A DNA stretch of 59,714 bases, counting the filler, from Catajapyx aquilonaris (Eukaryota), in assembly GCA_000934665.2 (NCBI GenBank). It is 2 parts of 2 records of this genome, joined end to end, with 100 filler letters (N's around TTAATTAATTAA, not from the genome) between each part and the next. Parts side by side here need not be neighbours in the genome. Positions count along the whole stretch, not along the records: positions 1 to 29,722 come from KZ539211.1; positions 29,823 to 59,714 come from KZ539213.1. One strand, 5' to 3'. A program made the position numbers and the translations under genes. Shown here piece after piece: positions 24,983 to 36,148 of this stretch. Under the pieces are notes generated by a model. It was not told the DNA's origin and ran no database searches. It worked only from the letters and a program-made list of their open reading frames with translations. Every line of letters starts with the position of its first letter. The first letter of the stretch is position 1.

Positions 24983-27900
24983 GTGGCAGGTCATAAATGC
25001 CCTCGTTTACTATCCATTCCGGAAGTGATGGAGTAGCCAATCAGCCTTTCGGGGCCTCTAAATTGAAACTCAAGTGCCGCTCAACCACCTCTTATTTCTT
25101 ACCCTTCTCAGGTTTTCCCTTTTTGTGGGCCATGTTGTTTTTTTGGGGGAGGGAGGGAAGGGGGGAATTTATTAGTCGAGCGGGGGATTAAAACACTCGA
25201 CGGCCTGGAAACTTAATATGGAAAACACTTCTGTTCGTTTTTTTCCCTTTTCTCACACTTTTTCTCCTTGTTCTTTGGCTGCATTGGGGAGTTTGTGTCT
25301 TCTGGAAGTGAGCTGCTCAGTTGAACCGTTGCTGGTTCTTGTAATTTATCAGGCTGCGGCCTGGCCTCATCATGCCATGTTTACGGCTCAAATTTCATTA
25401 CACGGGCCATGCGAGCCTTTGCGTAACCTTTCGCTTCCCCCCATGGGCTGTCGGAGCAAGGTCGGGGTTTTGCACATTTTAAAACCGCAAATACTGTTAG
25501 GCAATCCGACTGTATCAAGCAGTGGATTTTCATATTCCGACTCTTCAATGTCATGGAGAGTCGCTCTCCCTACGTACAGTACATGCTACGAAGAGAACAG
25601 GACCAACATAATTTAGGTCACTGGTTGCCAAACACTATGTAAATTGACCCAATTTTAGACACGAATATTTATATTGTGCGAATGTTTACTTCCTGAAATG
25701 TATACAGGAAGGTTGACTAAACGTGACGCTAAATAATCAAACCATTATTAATTCTGACTTGAAATAGTGACGTCACCTCTTCCTACTCACACACACTACA
25801 TGACTGATAATTACTGGACAAACCTCGAAGGTACGGCCCCATGATTACTAATGTACAGGTGACAATTAGACTCTGAAGACTGCTAATTTGTCAACAGTAA
25901 ATTTTTGTAAAATATCCGGCCTTTTCTGACTGCCTTCGAAAAGTGGCCTGGTTTTCATCGGAATAAATCTTGCATCCCTGTGAACAGGCATCTGTTGTCG
26001 AGCGCGTTTGATGTAATGTGTGTAACTCTATGAATATTCAAATTCCGCCCAACTATGTTACCTGGCTGCTTTCAATTTTTCTCTCTCTGTACCAGTATAA
26101 TAAAGTTCAGCCCCTCTCTCTCCAACACAATGCAGTTTTCGGTAACTATACATGAAGGATAATAAGCGGTGTATGTACTCTGCACTTTCCTAATGGAAGA
26201 CGGCTTTGTTTGCAGCGTTAGGTCAATAAGGGGGTGAGAGGGCAGGGGGTGGGGGAGTAAGTAGAGGGGAGGAGGGGCAACTCTGTAAAGTTGCAAAATT
26301 TTATTGCAAAGTTTGCAACCCAGGGCTTGAACACTGTGTGGGTTCGCTTATGTGTTGGCTGCATGAAGGAGGAAGTACATTTATTATTCAGGCACATTTT
26401 GGTTGAAAGCATTATAGGAAGTAAAAATAATTCCGAGAAAAACGCACTAGCAATGAGAGAACTTGCGACAGTACATGACCGCTAAAGTAGTTCAAGTCTG
26501 CAAAGTAACTTCCAGAATTCTTTTAAAATGACTTACACTCTTACAGTGTGGTTGTGCTGTACATCGTATTTTAAAATGTTGGCAACAAAAAATAACAACA
26601 GAATAAATATTACACGCAGCTAACCGGGACGAAACGCACCGCTTTTGTGATATATTCATTGCGAGCACTCCCGCTAAATTAACCCGGGTTACCGAACAAT
26701 TAACCGACATCGAAAAAACCTCAGTAACATCGAAATACACGTAGCTTGTAGTACAAGCTGACCGTTAAAACACGCAATTTCAATTAATAAGCGCAGCATG
26801 AACGTCATCGGTTTATAATAAACATGTGTTGATAATGAATAGAGCATTGTGCTCGCAAAGGGCCGTCGCTGATTGGCTGAGAATGCTGGCCTAATTTTTG
26901 TTAATTGAAATACAGGGTGTTCCACTAATTACTGGAATTAAAATTTGTAATGAAATAAATGGGGAGTTAGTGTTTGTGAATACTAATAAGTGCGTTTTAT
27001 TAAGTGTTAATGGGAATAATGCAACAAATCGCGTATGACGTGACACTTGAAATTGCATTGTTTAATAATTGAGCCAACTGCAATGTCGTGGTTTTTTTTG
27101 TGCGATGAGAGTAACTCAGTGTGACGTAATCCGCGGATTTAATTGGGCTCCACTGTACATACTCTCTCTGTACCCTACCCTTTTTTTTGGTGTGTGTGTG
27201 TGTTTTATTCCGGTGACTTTCATCCTGGGCATGTGCGGTCATTCATTGGGAAGTGGCCTCGGCAGAATTCCTCTGCGGCCGGATCAATACTTGTACTCAC
27301 ACATACTCCGCCTATTCACATACTATAGGGTGAGGGGGAAAGGGGTTGACCCTCTTATACAACGAAAGGTTGGTGAACTACGTAAGTCCACACAGTGTAC
27401 GAGGACTATTCACTTAAAAAAAACAGCTACAAGCAATAAAAGTGCTGCTTACAAACTTTTTCTTCTCTTCAGAGTGGTTTCTGTGACAAACTATACCCGA
27501 ACTTATACAAGTTAGTGCATCATTCTGTGTAATAATCGAAACTTTTTTTTCCCCTCCAAAAAATTGGTTGGCGTGGCAGGTGATAATTGGAATCGGGCGT
27601 GACAACACCCCCTGCAGGGATTATGAACTAAACTGGTTTGCCGTCTCATTATCTTAATCCAGTTTAAGCCTGCGTCATCATTTCTGTTAACAGGGACGTG
27701 GGATAATCCCGACAGATTTTCCTCCCTCCCCCACCCAACTATGTCCGAGGCCCTATTTTTTTGGCAGATTTTTTTTTGGGGGGAAGCCACCAGGGCAGGG
27801 AGGATCAAACCCTCGAATATTTGGGTGAGGAATAAATGAATTGGTGGAATATACTATGATTCTAGCATAATCTATGAGTTGGGGAGGGGGGGGGGGGTTT

Positions 27901-29492
27901 CAACCGCGCAATCATAAATAAAAGTGCCATTGCGGATACGCAATCGACGTTGCATCACATATGAGGGAACTAAGCGGCTTAAATGCGTGCAAAGTGTAAT
28001 GTACACCCGAGGATGTGTGCATATTTTTTTTATAATTCTCGTTAAATCCCACCCCTAATGCATCAATTACGATCGATGCGAATTAATCCTGGCTTATTCC
28101 ATTCGATTCCTAATAACCACTTGGACTCGAGGGGGGCTGCATGATCTGTGTGCACTTAGGAAACATCATAGATTGAACTCGGGTCAAATCCTCAGCCTAA
28201 TTGAATACGATGTGCAATTTTAAGAGAGTTTCGGTGAACCGAGGTCATTTTGACACTCGCCATTTTGTAATTTAAAAAATATTATTGTCGCACTAGTCAG
28301 AGTCGCGCGCGTGTGGCCGCGAGCTGGATAATGTTCCACCATGTTAACGGGCAGTTAAATGGTTGGAGAAACCTGGCCATAAAAAACAACACCCTTAAGC
28401 TAGTGGAACGGCCTTCCGATATCACTGCATAATCTCCGGGGCCTTTTATGTGCCCGTTTTAATTCTGGCAAATAAATTTTTAATAATCCTGGTCTGACTG
28501 GCGGATAATCAGAGCTGCCATGTGTCTCCTGCTGGCCCATTTAAAACGGCCGGGAAAGGGCATGTCCCCCTCTGACTCCAAAGATAACATTGTAATGAAC
28601 ATACACACATTCAGAGAGAGGTTGTGTACGTGTGAGAGGTTGGACAGTTAGTTATAGTTTGTGGGTGGTGAGTAGTGAGGGGCGAATAATGACAAACGAG
28701 CGCATCGCGTTTCCTCCCCGGCTCACCTTTCTGACTTTGATGCCCCCGCAGGTCTTAATCCACCACGCAGGCGTGGTGCATGGAAAAGCATGTTCAGCAG
28801 AGTAAACATTATTCTTGCACACACACTCATCGATTAGCACTGTAGATTCTCCGACGCTTTTTATCCCCCCTCTTCTTTCCCCCCCGGATATTCTCTCTCT
28901 TCCTGGTCCCACAAACATGGCTGACGGTGGAAAAGAGCTTGACTAATTCATTAAAGGCGGCCTCTCTGTGTCTGTGTCAGGGGTCAGCGACGTGGCCAGC
29001 TCACTGCAAAATTCCATCCAGCGGAGATCAAGAGAGCTCTTTCTCTCCGTGTGTGTGCTTGCCTCTCTCTCACCCACCACCTACCTCCCCAAGAGACGTG
29101 CTCCCGAACACGCAAGCCATCAGGTAATGACCCGCGACTCGCCCACTTACGTCCATCAACCTTGCAGTCTGGCCAGTCAGAAACCAGGCCTCAAACATTT
29201 GACGGGAAGTCATGATTATTTTGACCTACGCTTGTTTCGCCGGGGCGCGGTCCTCAACATACGTACATGTTAGACTAAGTTAGAGGGTGGTGCCAAATGA
29301 GCTCACATCCTCTCGGATCCCGACTCCTGACGAACTTCAAATCGGAATTGTTCTCGCACATTTTGGCCATTACGTCTTCATGACGGAAATAATGGATGGT
29401 AGTAAGGGTTATCCTGCGCGCCAGATGACCCGCAAAGGCAGCTGTTTCATGAGCCAACCGAGGCCTCGCTCGAACCTTAACTCTAGGTTTTA

Positions 29493-29722
29493 AACCTAAC
29501 CTGATCCAAGATGGCTAGGTTAGGTTAAGCTTGGCCCTAATCTAACCATGATCCGCATAGCCATCTTGGATCATGGTTAGGTTAGGTTAGATTAGGACCT
29601 AACCTAACCTAACCAGGATTCGTCTAGCCATCTTGGATCATGGTTAGGTTAGGTTAGATTAGGTCATAACCTAACCATGATCCAAGATGGCTAGACGAAT
29701 CCTGGTTAGGTTAGGTCCTAAT
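29493..29722. repeat. TTAGG/CCTAA-containing direct and inverted repeat running into a gap
   Basis: Units tagccatcttggatcatggttaggttaggttagattagg occur in both orientations. Confidence 0.8.
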
Positions 29723-29854
29723 NNNNNNNNNNNNNNNNNNNNNNNNNNNNNNNNNNNNNNNNNNNNTTAATTAATTAANNNNNNNNNNNNNNNNNNNNNN
29801 NNNNNNNNNNNNNNNNNNNNNNCAAATACCCTCTGGGTGAGCACTAACCCAACA

Positions 29855-29920
<66 letters not shown>
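29855..29920. repeat. (ATT)n microsatellite
   Basis: Pure ATT run. Confidence 0.95.
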
Positions 29921-29921
<1 letters not shown>

Positions 29922-31608
29922 CAATTTTATTTACTAATGTTTGTAGGTTTCAGGTAGGTTTAGAGTCAAATAGAAATTATTGGCTAATTAATTACTGTAC
30001 TATTAGGGCAATTATATTTTATTTGATCGATTTATTATTATTTATTCTATTTTACTATTAGACCTACACATTACAATTGATTTGACAATAAATTAATATG
30101 AATTGAATTTGAAGAATCCGAAACAGGTAATTTCTATTGCTGTACTCAAAATATTGTTTTATTAATTTAATTTAATGGTTAGTGTGCAGGAAAAATTGTA
30201 GTCCCAATCATTTTTGAACGACCTACATACGTTTGTAGGTCTAGCCACATACACAAATTATTGGTTAATTAATTTTACTATTATAACAAATATTTCTCTT
30301 AATGAATTAAATTAATTGTTATATTTACTACTAGAACGATAATTTTATTTATTAATAACTAACGCGACAATAAATGAATATTAATTCGAGACACCTGCAA
30401 CGGGGGCTTGTTATTTCGAATCTGGTCCGGTCCCACAGCCTCCCTCGCAACAATGCGGCGTCCCGTCTGACAACAAAATTTTGCCACTCGATCATCCCTT
30501 CCCTATAGTATATATACACACCATTGGTTTCACACCCCCCCCCCNNNNNNNNNNNNNNNNNNNNNNNNNNNNNNNNNNNNNNNNNNNNNNNNNNNNNNNN
30601 NNNNNNNNNNNNNNNNNNNNNNNNNNNNNNNNNNNNNNNNNNNNNNNNNNNNNNNNNNNNNNNNNNNNNNNNNNNNNNNNNNNNNNNNNNNNNNNNNNNN
30701 NNNNNNNNNNNNNNNNNNNNNNNNNNNNNNNNNNNNNNNNNNNNNNNNNNNNNNNNNNNNNNNNNNNNNNNNNNNNNNNNNNNNNNNNNNNNNNNNNNNN
30801 NNNNNNNNNNNNNNNNNNNNNNNNNNNNNNNNNNNNNNNNNNNNNNNNNNNNNNNNNNNNNNNNNNNNNNNNNNNNNNNNNNNNNNNNNTGGGGGGGGGG
30901 GGGGGGGGGAAATAAACATGTAAACACCCAATTCACCTGCTCGCACATACACAAAAGAATTTGCGTTTCTATATACAGAGCTCCAACACTTCAAGGTCAG
31001 AGTGGCCGTCACCTCATGAAAATGCAGGCGTGTTTCAACACACATGCGCAAACTTACCAATATCTTCCTTATCATATTTGCCAGCACTTGTAACATGTCA
31101 CTTATTTTGTTGGTACCTGAACCGTAACTTCAGACTGACTGACGTAAACTATATATATTTTTTTCGGTAGCACAGTATAGCAGAGGGACAATCTCTCGTT
31201 TTTCATCATCTCCCCAACCCCATTGTAACTCTACCCGTTTGTAACACATAGCATTCTTTTGTTCTCCCAGCTTTAAGTGTGTACACAAGCCATCCCGATT
31301 AGTGGCATATTTGCTCTATCTGGAGACCGGACTTTTTACAATCACCCAGGGCAGCCCTTTACAACTAAAGCCGATTGTCGTCATACCATCCTTGCCTGCA
31401 GTTTCTTAGACACGTTTGTGTTGGCCATGATGCGGTTACATAATGGAAGCCGGTGCAGCTGACCAAGCCAGCGGGGGAGGTCAAATGTCATCAGATTAGA
31501 ACTAGCATGAATTAGGGGGTACTGCTGTATGCCAAAGCGTGAGCAACACAGTGATAATTACTAACAACAACGATTACTGTATCACTAAAGCTGTGCATCG
31601 GTAATAAC

Positions 31609-31618
31609 ATTATTATTA

Positions 31619-31687
<69 letters not shown>
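31609..31687. repeat. (ATT)n microsatellite
   Basis: ATT run with one interruption. Confidence 0.95.
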
Positions 31688-31689
<2 letters not shown>

Positions 31690-31761
31690 CAGATCAATTC
31701 ATATGTAGACAGATTTTACTCTAAAAATATCTTTCTCCTAATAGGCTTATTATCGCCATCG

Positions 31762-31960
31762 AATGTTTGTCCGACCTGATAGTACCGCTCTTTCTCGCAC
31801 GACCTGAGGGTGGCAGTGGCAGTAGTGTGCAGAGGGAATATGCGCCATCTATGCGTGAAGAATAGTATTATGTGGACAATCGGCGGGCCATCTAAGTTGT
31901 TTGATTGTCACTGTAGTGCTGATTACAGGTTTTGCTCAATTTTGGCAACGGGTTCACTAG
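31762..31960 (+). mobile_element. Dispersed repeat, possibly a non-autonomous Helitron
   Basis: Homologous to 3010-3187; the 3' end ggcaacgggttcactag resembles Helitron CTRR termini. Confidence 0.5.
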
Positions 31961-32959
31961 GTACATAATTATATAAAGCAGATAGTTTGTTGGTATGTAA
32001 CGGATACCTAACCCACTTCCGGAGTACTGACGTCTTAATTGCAGCTGATTTAGTAAAAAGTCGGAAAACTGCACTTTTTTAGTCGAAATACCCAAAATTG
32101 ATGCTTTTTTGATTTAAAAAAATGTTTGGTGTCTAATCGGCAGCAGTTATGGCACATTTATTAATCAATCACCATGCTGGCATGTAAAATGCAAGAGTGT
32201 AATTCTCTGAAGAATGAATAATATTCCACGTATTATTCAACACCTTCCGCATGTGAACAGCATCTGTCATGTATTTACTTGTACACTCACGTGCACCTGA
32301 GCAAAATCGTTTTGCTTCCACACAAGTAAATGCACTTAAGCAAACAATCCCAACTTGTGCTGTCACAACAAGGAGTGGCCTGGAATATCCCGCAGCTTTG
32401 GTTGGGAAGTGTAAAGTTCCCTTCTCACATTACACGCCACAGTGGATGTTGAATAATTTATAATCCATGTACAACTGTACAACTAATTACATTGTTGTTA
32501 GTAAGTTATTTCTTTTTAAAAATATATATTAAAGAGTCCAGCGAACCGGACATTTTTTTTTTTTTTGGAACAATGCTGGTTAAAACCTTTTGTTTCCTTC
32601 GCACTTATCCTGCCCCCTGGGCAGATGTTGACCTCACCCGGTAGCCAGAACCTTCCTTGACCTTTGCTGACCTGAGCTGACCTCGACCCGTCGTTGTCCG
32701 GCCGGCACAGGAGGTAATGAACACAGCTCCACACACAATCATGTCTGCCTTTCCTTTCAAACAATTCTCTCCAATCCGAACTGACAGGTGGCAGCACCAG
32801 CTGGCCCGCGGAACAAGTTCGAACACGCACAGATTTTTAAATATGTTTAAAATTTATGATTACCTACCGCAAATGTGGCTGTGCTGTTAATTTCACTTTA
32901 ATTAATGCACGAATTAATTGTTAAAAATTAATAGTATCTGTTGACGATTCAGTCGCCAT

Positions 32960-33066
32960 ATCGTGGTATCGATTGCTATTTGGTATCGTCCATAGATTTC
33001 TTGCCAAAAAGGACAACACGTGTTGGGTCAATTTTTGGCGGTTTTTGACATTTTTGGCGTGCAAAA
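32960..33066 (+). promoter_or_regulatory. RRP9 proximal promoter/5' region with DRE-like, Myc E-box and E2F-like motifs
   Basis: TATCGATT (7/8 match to DRE TATCGATA) at 32967-32974, AACACGTG at 33015-33022 and TTTGGCGG near 33033, all within ~100 bp of the ATG. DRE plus a TSS-proximal E-box is typical of insect ribosome-biogenesis genes. Confidence 0.55.
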
Positions 33067-35043
33067 ATGTCGTTTTTCATACGCAAAAAGGGTCTGAAGC
33101 CCGGTATGGGATCGGGAAAACCGGCCAGAAAGGTAAATATGCCCATTAAGACAAGTTTTGTCATTGAAATTTCAGGTGCGGTACGACCCATTACCCCGCA
33201 ATGAAATTATTTGCAATTTACTTAGGTTGTACAGCAGTACCAAACAATTACAAGTTGTAACATCCTCACAATTATTGAAGCTGATATTGGCGCAGTCGGC
33301 CGTAACGACTCGACATGAATCTGCATTTGGGGGACAAACAAACAAACTTCGCCTTATTACATAGATGCTGATAAATAAGGGAAAGTTTGTTTGTTAGTTA
33401 TCAGAGTATGAAACGGCTAATTTGCTATGTACATGTTTCCTGTAGGGATTCAATAAGAAGAGACCTCAGAATGGGGATGCGGACGATGTGGGTACGAAGA
33501 AGCGTTCGAAGAAGGGCATGCGGGATATTGAGATATCGAGCGATTCGGATGAGGATAATAAGGAGGTGAAGCACACCATGGAAGTGACTGATTCGGAGGA
33601 GGAGGAGACGGCGCAGGAGAAAAACCTGCGTCTGGCCAAGAAGTATCTCTCGCAGATTAAGGAGCAGGGTGTGTTTATTGGTACATTTTAATGTAAGCCG
33701 ATTGTTATTCAACGACTTTATTTGTAGAGATGTCCAAGGCCGAGTCGGATAAGATTGACAAGGCGGCCATTGCGCACCGGCTGCGCGAGGATATCTTGGA
33801 GCAGACAGGGAGGCTCAAGCGGCTGGTGGCCGACACATACGCTGGTCCGGATTTGGCCGCATCGAAGTTCATGCGATGCAAGGAGCTACGACTGCCTGTC
33901 ACCTGCCTGGTCGTCTCACCCGATGACAAATTTGCGTACACCGGTTCAAAAGGATGCGAGATTATCAAATGTATAACAACCAGTTAATAATTATTACGCA
34001 AGGGACTTACCCAACATTTCTTACGCAGGGTCGCTACAGGATTACAAACGTGTGAAATCGACTCTCGGTGCAAAAGACCGAGCGTCCAAATTGAAGGACT
34101 CGCCATCTAAAACGCCGACTCATTGCTTGGCCATCTCAGCTGATGGGAAGTTCCTGGTGTCTGGCGACCAAGCTGGTCTGGTTCACGTGTGGGATCCCGA
34201 CACGCTGAGTCACACTCATGCTTTTAAAGGACACCGCGCTGCTGTGACTGGACTGGCGTTTCGGAAAGGGAGTCACCAACTATTCAGTGGGTCTGCGGAC
34301 AGGTTAGTGTTTCAAGGCGTACTTTTGAGCATTGAATTTTGATAATCCACCGATTCAGATCAGTGAAGGTGTGGAGCCTGGATGAGATGGGTTACGTCGA
34401 GACCCTGTTCGGACACACGGATGTTATCACCGGGATAGATGCGCTAACTCGTGAGAGGTGCATAACGTCGGGTGGCAGAGACTGCAGCGTGAGAGTGTGG
34501 AAGATTGCGGAGGAATCACAGCTGGTCTACAACGGACACCGGGGGAGCATAGACGCTGTGAAGCTTGTTAGCGAGGATAATTTTCTCACATGTGGAGATG
34601 ATGGGTAGGTAATATTATTCCCAACTAATTGCAGAGTGAACTCATTTTTACCTTTGTCTAGAACTGTATCGCTCTGGAGCTTGGGCAAGAAGAAGCCGCT
34701 TGGAAGCGCGTACGAAGCGCATGGAAAAGATCCATCAGGCAACCAGCCCCATTGGATTTCCAGCATTGCGACTCTCGTCAACACAGACTTGGTGGCGTCA
34801 GGCTCGCAAGATGGACAAGTCCGGGTGTGGAAATGTGGCGAGCACTTCCGGAAGCTCCTTCCCGTCTTCTCGTTCCCAGCTTCCGGGTTTGCTAATGCCA
34901 TGTCCTTCACGTCTGACGGGAGTTGTCTGGTGGTCGGACTGGGGCAGGAGCATCGCAGGGGAAGGTGGTGGAGGATCAAGGAAGCCAAGAACGGAGTAAT
35001 GGTCATGCCATTGCTGAAGAAAGAAGAACAAAAAGCACAATAA
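33067..35043 (+). CDS. RRP9: U3 snoRNP-associated WD40 protein U3-55K (RRP9), 6 exons
   Basis: Exons 33067-33132, 33446-33668, 33728-33970, 34029-34302, 34359-34604, 34662-35043, all GT-AG and phase-consistent. Protein begins MSFFIRKKG, has acidic EEEETAQEKNLRLAKKYL, WD40 repeats (FKGHRAAVTGLAFRKG, YVETLFGHTDVITGIDAL, VWKIAEESQLVYNGH) and the family-typical C-terminal GLGQEHRRGRWW. Confidence 0.95.
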
Positions 35044-35044
35044 A
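35039..35044 (+). terminator. Poly(A) signal AATAAA overlapping the RRP9 stop codon
   Basis: CAA TAA A: the TAA stop (35041-35043) lies inside AATAAA. Confidence 0.5.
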
Positions 35045-36148
35045 AATTATTTTGTAACGATCATTCCAACAATCGGCTTTGAATTTTACGAGACAGCGAT
35101 AACGTCAGAGGATCGAACCAAACCTTGTTGAATGAGACGCGTACACCATGTACGTGATAAGAAAAGGCGTAAGTAAATTGCAACCATTTTATGTTCTCTT
35201 TAATATTATATCTCTAAGATGGCGTTACAGAAAAAAAAGCACCTTATAAACATGACAAAGAGGAAGCAATGCCAACATAAAAAATTACTTCCAAATTCCG
35301 TAACATTTGCGGGAGCACGGACGACTGACAGTTATTGTTAATTTCAGGTTATGGACACACACATAATACTGGTGTAACAATTTCATTAAACCTTCTTGCA
35401 ACAATTGACAACAATGTAAACGAATAATTACAAGAATAACCATCGATGCTCTGACACACAAGTTTTTGGCTTCTTTTTTTTTTGCCTTATTTGGCTTTCC
35501 TCACCAGCTTTTTTGAATTATTTCTCACTTTTTAACATGGGAAGAGTACAATTATTCATTTGTGCAACTTTTTAAAATGCGTTAGGAAAAAGGCGAAGAG
35601 TGAAGAAGTGTGTGTGCTCTCTCTCTCTCTTTTTTTTTTGACTTCCCTCTCACTTGAAAGTTTGATCCTCTGCCGTTTCTTAAAGACGTGAAAAAGTGTC
35701 TTGAAAGACGAGTGGAAAACAGTTTCAGTGCTTTCTCTACAATATTTAACCAGTTGGCTTTCTCTTTTACTATAAAGCATTTTTCTCAGCACCATCGTAA
35801 AATCACAGGTCCCATCTGCAGCCACCGTCGCTCCTTGTTTCTATCTCTAAATATTCATAGGTACGGTTGTGAGTAAGCTCGTCTCTCGTAAACATGAGGG
35901 GGGGAAAAAGGCTACAGTGGAAGATTTTTTAAAAGGTAAGAATTCAACCCTTCGAGATTCACACAGACGCAAAAAAAAAAAAACAACTGGCAACTGCCGA
36001 CACAAACATAATCTTTTGTACTGTACAACAACCTCTCCCTCTCTCTCTCTCATAAATTTGGCAGTGCCGACTGGACATTTTTCCTTAATCGATAAAAACA
36101 ATGAGTCAAGGAGCGATAAACAATATGTGAAGCAGGGTATGTACGTAT

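Noticed and set aside
29723..30915. N-runs, the isolated ttaattaattaa island and ORFs spanning X residues
   Set aside because: Assembly gaps and artefacts next to homopolymers and repeats.
195..33000. Numerous 60-230 aa ORFs in the supplied track
   Set aside because: They are low-complexity, overlap on all frames, often derive from repeats or microsatellites and show no recognisable domain; no transposase or reverse transcriptase was found.
1..33000. Conserved miRNA, tRNA or rRNA genes
   Set aside because: I recognised no conserved arthropod mature miRNA, tRNA or rRNA sequence by eye; an Rfam/miRBase search is needed to exclude them.
34527..35040. Antisense ORFs over RRP9 (and likewise over Itpr and Tkt exons)
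   Set aside because: Shadow ORFs caused by the codon bias of the real genes.
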